Assembly: GCA_965199715.1 (NCBI GenBank)
Contig: OZ241322.1
Coordinates: 992,001 to 1,056,000, forward strand
From: Vicinamibacteria bacterium
GTDB lineage: Bacteria > Acidobacteriota > Vicinamibacteria > Marinacidobacterales > Marinacidobacteraceae
Direction: 5' to 3'
Length of the DNA: 64,000 nucleotides
Positions 9,883 through 19,519 of the stretch are shown here, one piece after another. The stretch's first letter is position 1, and the number at the start of each line of letters is the position of its first letter. Position numbers and translations under genes: made by a program. The notes under the pieces are model-generated. The model did not search any database, had not been told where the DNA came from, and saw only the letters and a list, made by a program, of their open reading frames with translations.

Positions 9883-10748
9883 ACCGCGACGCGGAAGCGG
9901 ATCTCGGGGTGCGGGTCGTAGCCCTCGATCCGGAAGTGGGAGAGGATCGTCGCGGCGTCCTCGTCGAGCACCGAGAGCGCCCCGTCGAGCGACTCCCGGA
10001 CCGTCTCCGAGAGGCGGAGGCGCGGCGGCCGACGCGGCTCCCGCAGAAGCTGCTTCCGCAGCCCGGGAACATGGTCGCCCCGCGCGCCCGACCCGTCGGC
10101 GGCGCTCGTGTAGATGTGGCCGTCCACGAGCGTGACGCCCAGCCGTCCCGGGCGCATCCCCGCCCACGCCGCGAACAGATGCAGCAGCAGCGAGTATCCC
10201 GCCACGTTGTAGGGCAGGCCGAGCGCGACGTCGCAGCTCCGCATCGTCAGGTGAAGATCGAGCCGCCAGCCGTCCGGCGCCGGCGTCCCGTGGAGGACGA
10301 ACGTGTAGTGGCAGGGCGGCAGCGCGCTCTCGTGGGCGTTCTCCGGCGCCCACGCGCTCACCACCAGGCGGCGCGACGCCGGATTGCGACGCAACTCGTC
10401 GATGACCCAGCGGATCTGGTCGCGCGGCCCCTCCGAGCCGGGATGCTCCCGCCAGAACTGGCCGTAGGCGCTCGGCACCCGCAGCGTCCGGGGATCGGCC
10501 CAAGGATCCCAGAAACGGCAGCCGTGGCGCCGCAGCAGCCCGATGTCGGACGCCCCGGACAGGAACCAGAGGTTCTCGACGACGATGTTCTTCCAGCTCA
10601 CTCGCTTGGTCGTGAGCAGCGGAAAGCCGTCGTCCATCGACGCGCCGAGGTGGACGTGGAAGCAGGAGAGGGTCTCGACCCCGGTGCGGTTCGGGCGGCG
10701 GACGCCTTCGTCGAGCACCTGGCGGACGAGGTCCAGGTACGCCCGCAT
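9879..10748 (-). CDS. thyA: Thymidylate synthase
   Basis: NRTG, FPLLTTK, SRRLVVSAW, ALPPCH, RSCD..LGLPYN, HIY. Confidence 0.95.
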   Translation of the reverse strand: MRAYLDLVRQVLDEGVRRPNRTGVETLSCFHVHLGASMDDGFPLLTTKRVSWKNIVVENLWFLSGASDIGLLRRHGCRFWDPWADPRTLRVPSAYGQFWREHPGSEGPRDQIRWVIDELRRNPASRRLVVSAWAPENAHESALPPCHYTFVLHGTPAPDGWRLDLHLTMRSCDVALGLPYNVAGYSLLLHLFAAWAGMRPGRLGVTLVDGHIYTSAADGSGARGDHVPGLRKQLLREPRRPPRLRLSETVRESLDGALSVLDEDAATILSHFRIEGYDPHPEIRFRVAV

Positions 10749-11879
10749 CTACGCCAGCAGGTCGGACAGCGCCTCGAGGAAGCGCGCTTCGTCGTCGAAG
10801 TCGTTGTAGAGGTGCGGCGTCACGCGCAGGGCGTCGCCCCGGACGCTGACGTGGACGTTCCGCGCGACGAGTCCGTCGCGCACCCGGACGGGGTCCGCCC
10901 CGCCTGGCAACGCGAGCGCGAGGTAGTGCGGAGCGCGGTTGCTCGCCGCGGCCGCGCAGCCAAGATCCCGGGCCGCCGCCTCGAGCCTCCCGGTCGTCGC
11001 TCCGACGGCGTCCGCGATGTTCGCCGGCCCCCATTCCAGAACCTGGCGGACCGCGGCGAGCGCCGCCGGGACCAGCGCGAAGTTGGAGCGTTCGCCGGCG
11101 TCAAGCCCGGCGCCGCCGGGAAGCCGCTCGCCGGTGTAATCGACGAGGCGCGCGAAGTTGCGGGCGTTCGCCCGCTGGATCCAGTTCTCCTCCAGCGGCT
11201 CGGCGCCCTCGGGGACGACGGCCCAGCCGAGCGAGTACGGCGCCATGAGCCACTTGTAGAACGCCCCGGCGGCGAAGTCCGGCCGCACGCGCGCCAGGTC
11301 CGGATCGAGGACCCCCGCCGACTGGGTGAGGTCCAGAACCAGCTTCGCCCCGACGGCGCGGACCGCCACGCCGATCCGCACGAGGTCGAACACGCCGCCG
11401 TCGGTCCAGTGGACCTGCGGCAGCGCCACGACCGCGACGCGCTCGTCGATCTCGCCGAGGACGGCTTCGGTCCAGTCGAGGTCGTCCGGCCGGGGCGCAA
11501 GAACGAGCTCGCCGCCGGTCCGCCGAGCGAGTTCCCGCCACGGATAGACGTTCGAGGGGAACTGGTCCTCGGCGACGAGGATGCGCTGACCGGGCGCCGG
11601 ATGGACGTTCCGGGCGGCGAGCGAGAGCCCGTAGCTGGCCGACGTGGTCAGCGCGATGCGCCCGGAGTCGATTCCGAGGAGCTCGCCCATGGACTCCCGC
11701 AGCGCCTCCGAGTCGTCGAAGAAGTCCGCGACCGAAATCTCCCACGGGCGCCGCTTCCGGGCGAGGGCGTCCATCCCCGCCCGCAGCACCCGGTCGGAGA
11801 GCGGGGACATGTAGGCGCAGTTCAGATAGGCGACCTCCCGCGGGACGTCGAACCGGCCTCGCTGCGAGCCGAGGATCAT
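10749..11879 (-). CDS. Class V PLP-dependent aminotransferase/lyase
   Basis: YLNCAYMSP, QFPSNVYPW, DLTQSAG, FYKWLMAP, LRVTPHLYN. Confidence 0.85.
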   Translation of the reverse strand: MILGSQRGRFDVPREVAYLNCAYMSPLSDRVLRAGMDALARKRRPWEISVADFFDDSEALRESMGELLGIDSGRIALTTSASYGLSLAARNVHPAPGQRILVAEDQFPSNVYPWRELARRTGGELVLAPRPDDLDWTEAVLGEIDERVAVVALPQVHWTDGGVFDLVRIGVAVRAVGAKLVLDLTQSAGVLDPDLARVRPDFAAGAFYKWLMAPYSLGWAVVPEGAEPLEENWIQRANARNFARLVDYTGERLPGGAGLDAGERSNFALVPAALAAVRQVLEWGPANIADAVGATTGRLEAAARDLGCAAAASNRAPHYLALALPGGADPVRVRDGLVARNVHVSVRGDALRVTPHLYNDFDDEARFLEALSDLLA

Positions 11880-12700
11880 CGCCGCGCTTCCAGCATCTCC
11901 CTCAGCTTCCGCACCGTGGTCTCCACCTTGAACCGCATCCCCTGCTCGCCGAGTTCGGGCGACGCGAGCGTCGGGTCGCCCCGGACGCCGGAGCCCTCGA
12001 ACCCGCCGTCCTTCACGCGCGCCTCGGGGCGGATCTGGTCCGGGTCCACGAACCAGAGCTGGCTCGTGTCGGTGATCCCGGCGTGGCTGCCGATGTCCTC
12101 GCGCGAAAACCCCTGCTCGGCGAGCCATTCGCCGAAGCCGTTCCCCCGGTAGTAGTCCGGCACGTACAGCACCCGCGCCGGATTCCCGGCGACCTCCCAC
12201 TCCGCGTTCAGCGTCTCGGCGACCTCGGCCATGCCGCGCTGGTTGCCGCCGCTGTCGCCGATGAAGACGACGTTCGTGAAGTCGTGGAGAGCGAAGCTGC
12301 GGGCGGTGTACTCGAGCAGCGCCTTGAAGTGCTCCTGCGGCAGGGTGATCGCGCCCGGATACCGCATGTGGCCGCTCGGCGGGTCGATTCCGCCTTCGGG
12401 GACGTAGGCGATCACCGGCGCGACGAGCGCGTTCCCGATCTCGCGCGCGATCCGCTCGGCGGCGTGGCGGATGATGAAGTTGTGCTTGCCGAGCACCATG
12501 TGGGGGCCGTTCTGCTCGGTGCCGCCGGTGGCCACGATGACGGTGTCCGTCCCGGCGCGCACCCGGGCGCCCACCTCGGTCCAGGTGAGTTCGGCGACGA
12601 AGACCGTGTCCGGACCGGGGCTCGCGCCCTCGGGGGCGGCCACGATCTGGGCGGAGGCCGGCGGGGCCAGCAGGAGGATGAGGGCGGCGATGCGGGTCAT
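11876..12700 (-). CDS. Creatininase-family amidohydrolase with N-terminal signal peptide
   Basis: ELTWTEV, GGTEQNGPHM..GKH, GDSGGNQ, HAG..DTS; MTRIAALILLLAPPASA|Q signal. Confidence 0.85.
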   Translation of the reverse strand: MTRIAALILLLAPPASAQIVAAPEGASPGPDTVFVAELTWTEVGARVRAGTDTVIVATGGTEQNGPHMVLGKHNFIIRHAAERIAREIGNALVAPVIAYVPEGGIDPPSGHMRYPGAITLPQEHFKALLEYTARSFALHDFTNVVFIGDSGGNQRGMAEVAETLNAEWEVAGNPARVLYVPDYYRGNGFGEWLAEQGFSREDIGSHAGITDTSQLWFVDPDQIRPEARVKDGGFEGSGVRGDPTLASPELGEQGMRFKVETTVRKLREMLEARR

Positions 12701-13197
12701 GACGTTCGGGGGGCGGCGCCGGCCGCGAGCTGGAAGGCTTCGATGAGGCGGTTCTGGCGCAGCAGGCCCAACCCGACCACGACGAAGGCGGCGAGCAGGA
12801 AGGCGAGCCCGAGCCAGGAGGCGCCCGAGTGTACCCACGGCGCGAAGAAGCGCGTGTGGGCGCCGCCGCCGAGGATGAAGGGGATCATCGGGAGGAACAT
12901 CCCGCCGAGCGCCCACCCGGCGACCGCGGCCTTGAGCTTGCGGCTGCGGGCGAGGATGTCCGCGCCCCGGGGGTCGTCCACGAGGACCGGCGGGCCGCTC
13001 TCGCCGGCGAGCGCCTTGCGGATGACGCTCGTCATCGCGACCAGGTAGAAATAGCTCATCACGTGGGCGAACACGACGAGCATCACCGCGACGAGCCCGA
13101 CCACGATGTGGGCGGCGAGATTCGCCGGATCGCGCAGGCAGGCGAAGACGTAGAAGCCGACGCCGACGAGGTGGACGGTCAGCAGGCCGAGGACCAC
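12697..13197 (-). CDS. Hypothetical four-TM membrane protein
   Basis: Four hydrophobic segments with His residues in or near TMs; overlaps the creatininase start; start estimated. Confidence 0.65.
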   Translation of the reverse strand: MVLGLLTVHLVGVGFYVFACLRDPANLAAHIVVGLVAVMLVVFAHVMSYFYLVAMTSVIRKALAGESGPPVLVDDPRGADILARSRKLKAAVAGWALGGMFLPMIPFILGGGAHTRFFAPWVHSGASWLGLAFLLAAFVVVGLGLLRQNRLIEAFQLAAGAAPRTS

Positions 13198-13201
13198 CTG
13201 C

Positions 13202-14521
13202 TCAGGCGTCGGCGGGTTCTTCGGGGTCGAAGTCGGGAACGACGAGCTCGCTGCGGCGGCGCACGAGATCCATGAAGTCGTGGAGCAGCGAGACGACCTC
13301 GTCGTGGGAGAGGCCGTGCGAGCGGGCCAGTCCATCGAGGTCGTCCGAATCCAGCTCGGCCCGGTGGGCGGCGATCCCCTCCATCCCCATCTTCCCGGCG
13401 AGGGCCTCGAGGAGCGGCTCGGCGATCCCGGCGGGGAGCGCGCCGATGATCGCGCGGGGCGGACGGCGTCCGGGCGGGGCGCCGCCCGGTTCGACGATCG
13501 CCGGCTGCGGCTCGGCCGCCCCGGCGATGGGGCCCCGGCTCCCGCCGCGCAGCCGGAGCTGCACCACGTCCCACCGGCTGTAGTGGCCCATGCAGTCGAA
13601 GACGTTCTTCGCGGCGATGCGGTCGGCGAGGTCGAGGTCGGCGATGACGAGGCCCTGCCGCCCGAAGAGCGGCTCGACCGCGTAGGTGCCGAACGGGGTC
13701 GCGATCGCGCTGCCGCCGCAGGCCCACGCCCAATTCGTGGTCTTCTTCCACGGGAAGTCGTCGGGAACGTCGTCGGGGGACAGGTACGCCGAGGCCGAGA
13801 CCACGAAGGTCTGGGTCTCGAAGGCGTACTCGCGCACCGCCGCGTCCTGGTCGGAGCGGTGGAGCGGCGCGACCCGGCCGGTCATGTCGCGCACCGTGTT
13901 CCCCGGGCCGCCGTAGGACCAGTACCCGGGCCAGCACGCCGCGTGGACCTCCTCGCCGAGCGAGGCCATGACCGCCTTGAGCATGGTCATGTGGTTCTCG
14001 AAGCAGATCAGGCCGCCCACCTTGCCGAAGGGCGCGTCGAACGTCCGCAGGTCGGAGGCGTCGCCCCGGCCCCAGAAGATGCGCTCCTGATGGGTGGGCA
14101 TGAGCTTCCGGTGGCGGCCGAGGATTTCGCCGTCGGGGCCGAGGAAGAGCATCGTGTTGTAGAGCGTCCGGGAGCCCTCGCGGTCGTCCTGCTCGTTCAG
14201 CCCCACGACCACGGTCATCCGAGCGGCGCGGGCGGCCTTGCCGAGCTCCTCGGTTTCCGGGCCGGGGATGCGCACGGCGTTGTCGTAGAACTGGACGACC
14301 GCCTCCTTCCACTGCTGCGCCGACTCGGGGGTCGTGTAGCCGAAGTTGTTGCGCCAGTATGGATACGCCGGAATGCCCGTCTCGGGGGTGACCATGAACT
14401 CGACGCCCTGGCGCCCGGCCTCGACGATGGTCTCGGCGTACTTCTGGACGCTCGCCCGCTTGTCCATGAAGACGGGGGAGATCTGGGCGGCGCAGACGCG
14501 CAGGGACCGCTTCGGGGGCAT
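13202..14521 (-). CDS. Nitrilase (carbon-nitrogen hydrolase) with C-terminal extension
   Basis: Glu-Lys-Cys triad VTPET / HRKLMPT / GGLICFEN; FDCMGHYSRWDV core end. Confidence 0.9.
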   Translation of the reverse strand: MPPKRSLRVCAAQISPVFMDKRASVQKYAETIVEAGRQGVEFMVTPETGIPAYPYWRNNFGYTTPESAQQWKEAVVQFYDNAVRIPGPETEELGKAARAARMTVVVGLNEQDDREGSRTLYNTMLFLGPDGEILGRHRKLMPTHQERIFWGRGDASDLRTFDAPFGKVGGLICFENHMTMLKAVMASLGEEVHAACWPGYWSYGGPGNTVRDMTGRVAPLHRSDQDAAVREYAFETQTFVVSASAYLSPDDVPDDFPWKKTTNWAWACGGSAIATPFGTYAVEPLFGRQGLVIADLDLADRIAAKNVFDCMGHYSRWDVVQLRLRGGSRGPIAGAAEPQPAIVEPGGAPPGRRPPRAIIGALPAGIAEPLLEALAGKMGMEGIAAHRAELDSDDLDGLARSHGLSHDEVVSLLHDFMDLVRRRSELVVPDFDPEEPADA

Positions 14522-14525
14522 CGGG

Positions 14526-17450
14526 TCAGGCGGGGTGGGGCTCGCGCCGATGGTGTTCGTGGTCGTGGTGCTCGTGCGTCCCGTGTTCGCCCGAGCGCCA
14601 ACTGTCCGGGCAACTGCACACGAGGTTCCGGTCGCCCCGGGCGTTGTCCACCCGCGCCACCGGCGGCCAGTACTTGTGGGTCTCGGTCCACGGCGCCGGG
14701 AACGCGCCCTCGGAGCGCGAGTAGGGCCGGTCCCACGTGTCGGCCACCACCGCCAGCGCGGAGTGCGGCGCCATCCGCAGCGGGTTCACCGCGCGGTCCA
14801 TGCGGCCTTCCTCGATCTCCCGGATCTCGGCGCGGATCATGATGAGAGCGTCGCACAGGCGGTCCATCTCCTCGCGCGCCTCGCTCTCGGTGGGCTCGAT
14901 CATGAGCGTGCCCGCGACGGGGAACGACATCGTGGGGGCGTGGAAGCCGTAGTCCATGAGCCGCTTGGCGATGTCGTTCACTTCCACGCCGGCCGATTTT
15001 CGGAACGGGCGGCAGTCGATGATGAACTCGTGCGCCACCCGGCCGCGCTCGCCGACGTACAGGAGCGGGTAGTGCTCGCCCAGGCGCCTCGCCATGTAAT
15101 TCGCCGAGAGGATGGCGACCTCGCTGGCCTCCTTGAGGCCAGAGGAGCCCATCATCCGGACGTAGGACCACGAGATCGGCAGGATCGCCGGGCTGCCGTA
15201 AGGCGCCGCGGCGATGGCCCCGATGCGGTCCTCGTCGCCGCCCCACGCGGCCGGGCCCTGCGGGTGGCCGGGGAGGAACGGGGCCAGCTCCCTCGTGGTC
15301 GCGACCGGACCCATGCCGGGACCGCCGCCGCCGTGCGGGATGCAGAACGTCTTGTGCAGATTGATGTGGCAGACGTCGGCGCCCGCCGCCGCCGGGCTCG
15401 TGAGCCCGACCTGGGCGTTCAGGTTGGCGCCGTCCATGTACACGAGGCCGCCCGCGTCGTGGACCATGCGGCAGACCCGGGCCACGCCCTCCTCGAACAC
15501 GCCGTGCGTCGAGGGGTAGGTGATCATGAGCGCCGCGACCCGCCCGTCGTGGTCGGCGATCCGCGCGGCGAGATCCTCCTCGTCCACGTCGCCGGCGGCG
15601 GTCGTCCGCACCGGCGCCACCCGGAGCCCGGCCATGCTCGCGCTGGCCGGATTCGTGCCGTGCGCCGAGACCGGGATCAAGCAGACGTTCCGGTCGGCGT
15701 CGCCCCGGCTCTCGTGCCAGCGGCGGATCATCAGGAGGCCGGCGAACTCGCCCTGCGAGCCGGCGTTCGGCTGGAGGCTGACCGCGTGGAATCCGGTGAT
15801 GGCGGCGAGCCACGCCTCGAGATCCTCGAAGATCCGGGCGTACCCCGCCTGCTGGTCCTCGGGGGCGAACGGGTGCATTCCGGCGAACTCGGGCCAGGTC
15901 ATCGGGATCATCTCGGCGGTCGCGTTCAGCTTCATGGTGCACGAGCCGAGCGGGATCATCGAGGTCGTGAGCGACAGGTCGCGCTCCTTCAGCCGGTGCA
16001 GGCACCGCAGCATCTCGTGCTCGGACCGGTTCGCGTGGAAGACGTGGTGGTCGAGGAACACGCTGGACCGGACGACGCGCGAAGGCAGCGGCTCCGGTTC
16101 GCCGTCGCAGTCGCGGGCGGCGAACGGCGGGGTCTCGCCGGCGAACGCGGCGAGGACGTCGTCCACGTCGCCGAGGCCCACGGTCTCGTCGAGCGCGACC
16201 CGGACCCCGCCGGAGTCGGAGCCGAGGTTGATCCCCCGCGCGCGCGCCGACGCGAGGACGCGATCCCGGTCCGCCGCCTCCATCGCCACGTGCAGCGTGT
16301 CGAAGATCGGTCCGTCTCCCGAGTCGAAGCCGAGGCGCCGGAGTCCACGGCGGAGCGTCCAGGCCATGCGGCGGCAGTGGCGGGCGATCCGGACCAGCCC
16401 CTCGGGGCCGTGCCACGCCGCGTAGGTCGCGGCGACGAGCGCGGGGAGCACCTGCGCGGTGCAGATGTTGCTCGTGGCCTTGTCCCGCCGGATGTGCTGC
16501 TCGCGGGTCTGGAGCGCGAGGCGGAAGGCCACGCGCCCGTCGGCGTCGCGCGAGACCCCGACCACCCGGCCCGGCGTGCGCCGGGCGAATCGGTCGCGGG
16601 TGGCGAGGAAGCCCGCGTGGGGGCCCCCGCCGCCCATGGGCATGCCGAAGCGCTGGGTGGAGCCGACTGCGACGTCGGCCCCGAACTCGCCCGGCGGCGT
16701 GAGCAGCGTGAGCGCGAGGAGGTCGGTCGCGACGACGAGGATCCCGCCGGCGGCGCGCACCCGCTCGGCGAGGCCGACCATCGGGCGGACGCCGCCTCTC
16801 GTGTCCGGGTACTGGACAAGGACTCCGGCGAGATCCCGCTTGAAGCGATCGTTCGCCGCCAGATCCCTGACCTCGATCCGAACGCCGGCGGCGTCGGCGC
16901 GGGTCCGGACCACCGCGAGCGTCTGCGGATGGACGTTCTCGTCCACGACGAACAGGTCGCGTCCCCGCCCCGAGCGGAAGCACATGCCCATCGCCTCGGC
17001 GGCGGCGGTGGCCTCGTCGAGGAGCGACGCGCCGGCCACCGGCAACTCGGTGAGGTCCGAGACCATCGTCTGGAAGTTGAGGAGAACTTCGAGCCGCCCC
17101 TGGGAGATCTCCGACTGGTAGGGCGTGTACTGGGTGTACCACCCCGGATCCTCGAGTATGTTGCGCTGCAGGACCGGCGGCGTGACCGTCCCGTGGTAGC
17201 CGCGGCCGATGTAGCTGCGCAGCACTCGGTTGCGGCCGGCGATCCCGCGCAGCTCCTCGAGAAGCCCGGCTTCGGAGAGCGGGGCCGGAAGCTCGGGCTG
17301 CCGGTCGAGGCGGATCGCCTCGGGAATCGTCTCCGCGATGAGCTCGTCCCGGCTCGAGAGCCCCAGATCGTGAAGCATCTCGAGCTGCTGGGTCGGGCTC
17401 GGCCCGACGTGACGGCGGACGAATGGCGCGGCGGCGTGGGTCAACGTCAA
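14526..17450 (-). CDS. gcvP: Glycine dehydrogenase (decarboxylating), P protein
   Basis: YTPYQSEISQGRLE, REQHIRRDKATSNICT, LGSCTMKLN, NLHKTFCIPHGGGGPG. Confidence 0.97.
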   Translation of the reverse strand: MTLTHAAAPFVRRHVGPSPTQQLEMLHDLGLSSRDELIAETIPEAIRLDRQPELPAPLSEAGLLEELRGIAGRNRVLRSYIGRGYHGTVTPPVLQRNILEDPGWYTQYTPYQSEISQGRLEVLLNFQTMVSDLTELPVAGASLLDEATAAAEAMGMCFRSGRGRDLFVVDENVHPQTLAVVRTRADAAGVRIEVRDLAANDRFKRDLAGVLVQYPDTRGGVRPMVGLAERVRAAGGILVVATDLLALTLLTPPGEFGADVAVGSTQRFGMPMGGGGPHAGFLATRDRFARRTPGRVVGVSRDADGRVAFRLALQTREQHIRRDKATSNICTAQVLPALVAATYAAWHGPEGLVRIARHCRRMAWTLRRGLRRLGFDSGDGPIFDTLHVAMEAADRDRVLASARARGINLGSDSGGVRVALDETVGLGDVDDVLAAFAGETPPFAARDCDGEPEPLPSRVVRSSVFLDHHVFHANRSEHEMLRCLHRLKERDLSLTTSMIPLGSCTMKLNATAEMIPMTWPEFAGMHPFAPEDQQAGYARIFEDLEAWLAAITGFHAVSLQPNAGSQGEFAGLLMIRRWHESRGDADRNVCLIPVSAHGTNPASASMAGLRVAPVRTTAAGDVDEEDLAARIADHDGRVAALMITYPSTHGVFEEGVARVCRMVHDAGGLVYMDGANLNAQVGLTSPAAAGADVCHINLHKTFCIPHGGGGPGMGPVATTRELAPFLPGHPQGPAAWGGDEDRIGAIAAAPYGSPAILPISWSYVRMMGSSGLKEASEVAILSANYMARRLGEHYPLLYVGERGRVAHEFIIDCRPFRKSAGVEVNDIAKRLMDYGFHAPTMSFPVAGTLMIEPTESEAREEMDRLCDALIMIRAEIREIEEGRMDRAVNPLRMAPHSALAVVADTWDRPYSRSEGAFPAPWTETHKYWPPVARVDNARGDRNLVCSCPDSWRSGEHGTHEHHDHEHHRREPHPA

Positions 17451-17501
17451 CGAACTGGAGTCAGGCGGCGGTTCCCGGAAGACCCAACCCCGAACCGGCG
17501 A

Positions 17502-17510
17502 ATTCTAGCA
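17502..17510 (-). promoter_or_regulatory. Putative extended -10 (TGcTAGAAT) upstream of gcvP
   Basis: Same TAGAAT hexamer also precedes the suf operon, the 19472 gene and the DUF1844 gene. Confidence 0.4.
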
Positions 17511-17535
17511 GTGCGGCCGGCCCCGAAACGGGCCG

Positions 17536-17928
17536 TCAATCGCCGGCCGATTCGGTGAGCGCCGCGTATTCGGCGGGTCCGAGCAGCCGCTTCCGCTCCG
17601 CTTCGGGGTCGCTCAGGCGCACCCGGACCATCCAGCCGGCGCCGTAGGGCTCCTCGTTCACCCGTTCGGGGGCGGACTCGAGGTCGGCGTTCGTCTCGAC
17701 CACCGCGCCCGAGACCGGAGAGTAGAGCTCGGAGACGGCCTTGACCGATTCGACGCCGCCGATGACGTCCCCCGCCGCGCACTCGTCCCCCTCGCCCGGA
17801 AGCTCGACGAACACGATGTCCCCCAGCTCCTGCTGGGCGTGGTCGGTGACGCCGACGCAGGCGACGCCGTCGTCCTCGAAGCGCACCCACTCGTGCTCCT
17901 CGCTGTAGAACAGGTCTTCGGGAATCAT
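17536..17928 (-). CDS. gcvH: Glycine cleavage system H protein
   Basis: HEWV, LGDIVFVELP, VESVKAVSE lipoyl-Lys, PYGAGW. Confidence 0.96.
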   Translation of the reverse strand: MIPEDLFYSEEHEWVRFEDDGVACVGVTDHAQQELGDIVFVELPGEGDECAAGDVIGGVESVKAVSELYSPVSGAVVETNADLESAPERVNEEPYGAGWMVRVRLSDPEAERKRLLGPAEYAALTESAGD

Positions 17929-19082
17929 GAGGACTCGGGCGGCTGGGGCCGCGGCTTGCCGGGCGCGCGCTTGCGCTTGCCCGGACGAACGTAGAAGGGA
18001 GTCGGGACGACCTCGGCGGCGACCGGACGCCCGCGGATCACGACCTCGAACGCCTGCCCCGGCTGGTCCCGCCCGGCGGGAAGGTAGGCGAGGCCGATGC
18101 TCTTCTTGAGGAAGGGAGCGTAGCCGCCGCTCGTCACCTCGCCGAAGGGGGCGCCCTCGATCCGGATCGGGTAGCCGTGGCGCGGGATTCCGCGCTCGCG
18201 CATCTCGAAGCCCACGAGCCGCCGGGAGACGCCCTCCTCGCGCTGGCGGACGAGCGCGTCGCGACCGACGAAGTCCCCCTTGTCGGGCTTCACGATCCAG
18301 CCGAGGTCCGCCTCCAGCACCGTCGTCCCGGCGTCGAGGTCCTGTCCATGAAGCGCCATCTTCGCCTCGAGGCGGAGGCTGTCGCGCGCGCCGAGGCCGG
18401 TGGGAATCAACCCGTCATCCTTGCCCGCCTCGAGGAGGCGGCGGGCGACGGCCTCGCCCCGGGCCGCCGGAACGAGGATCTCGAAGCCGTCCTCGCCGGT
18501 GTACCCCATGCGGGCGACGGTGGCCGCCTCGCCGGCCACCTCGCCGTCGGCGAAGCGGTAGTACCGGATGCGGCCGAGATCCAGATCGGTGAGCCGGGCG
18601 AGGATTTCGGGAGCGCGCGGCCCCTGGAGCGCCAGCAGGGCGAACTCGTCGCTGCGGTCGCGCACGAGGCTCCGCGCCGACGAGCCGCCCCGGTCGAGGA
18701 TCCAGTCGAGATCCGTCTGGGTGTTCGCGGCGTTCGCGATGACGAGGAACGACTCCTCGCCCCGGCGGTACACCACGAGGTCGTCAACGAACCCGCCCGC
18801 GTCGTTCGTGAGCGCCGTGTAGTGGGCGCGGCCCGGCCGGAGCCGGCCGACGTGGTTCGGGGTCAGGCCCTCGAGAAGCGCCAGCGCGCCGGGCCCCTCG
18901 ACCTCGATCTGGCCCATGTGGCTCACGTCGAAGAGCCCGCAGGCGGTGCGCACGGCGAGGTGCTCCGCCACCACGCCGGAGAACTGGACCGGCGTCTCCC
19001 AGCCGGCGAAGGGCGCGAGGCGGGCGCCGAGCTCCCGATGGAGCGCGTCGAGCGGGGTCTTGAGGGGAGTCTTCCGGAGCAA
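17925..19082 (-). CDS. gcvT: Glycine cleavage aminomethyltransferase T
   Basis: GLFDVSHMG, ALQGP, GYTGEDGFE, GLGARDSLRLEA. Confidence 0.96.
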   Translation of the reverse strand: MLRKTPLKTPLDALHRELGARLAPFAGWETPVQFSGVVAEHLAVRTACGLFDVSHMGQIEVEGPGALALLEGLTPNHVGRLRPGRAHYTALTNDAGGFVDDLVVYRRGEESFLVIANAANTQTDLDWILDRGGSSARSLVRDRSDEFALLALQGPRAPEILARLTDLDLGRIRYYRFADGEVAGEAATVARMGYTGEDGFEILVPAARGEAVARRLLEAGKDDGLIPTGLGARDSLRLEAKMALHGQDLDAGTTVLEADLGWIVKPDKGDFVGRDALVRQREEGVSRRLVGFEMRERGIPRHGYPIRIEGAPFGEVTSGGYAPFLKKSIGLAYLPAGRDQPGQAFEVVIRGRPVAAEVVPTPFYVRPGKRKRAPGKPRPQPPESS

Positions 19083-19136
19083 CGGCAGGCGACGAGCCGG
19101 CCCCGGGACGAAGCCCCGAGGCCGGGAGAAAGGCGA

Positions 19137-19472
19137 CTATTCCCTGGCCGCGATCGAGGTGACCTTGATCGTGTTGGTCGCCTCGTCGAGCGTGCCCATC
19201 ACCTTGACCTCGGAGGCGGCGTACTCGAGCGCCGTCTCGCCGTCGATGTCGAGCAGGTGGAAGCCGCCGTCCATGACGAGGGTCGCGTTGGCGCCGTTGT
19301 TGAAGCAGCCGGTGGCGCAGCCCTTGTGGTCGGCGGACATGGCCTTGGCGGCGTCCTTGGCGCAGTGCTCGTCGGCGACCCAGCCGGTGAACGTCACGTC
19401 CTCGGCGGCGGCGGCGCCGACGAAGGCGAACGCGATGAGCGCGATGGCGATGAGCGCGAGTGCTTTCTTCAT
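19137..19472 (-). CDS. Small secreted protein with Cys/His motif
   Basis: Sec signal MKKALA...AAAA|E, GGAG RBS, GWVADEHC..H.GCATGC motif, beta-rich C-terminus. Confidence 0.75.
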   Translation of the reverse strand: MKKALALIAIALIAFAFVGAAAAEDVTFTGWVADEHCAKDAAKAMSADHKGCATGCFNNGANATLVMDGGFHLLDIDGETALEYAASEVKVMGTLDEATNTIKVTSIAARE

Positions 19473-19519
19473 GGCATTTCCTCCAGCGGAAAAGGGGAAG
19501 ACGGGGATTCTAAGGCGAG

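Noticed and set aside
19083-19136. Glycine riboswitch upstream of gcvT
   Set aside because: The gap is only ~54 nt and holds just an imperfect GC hairpin; no aptamer consensus
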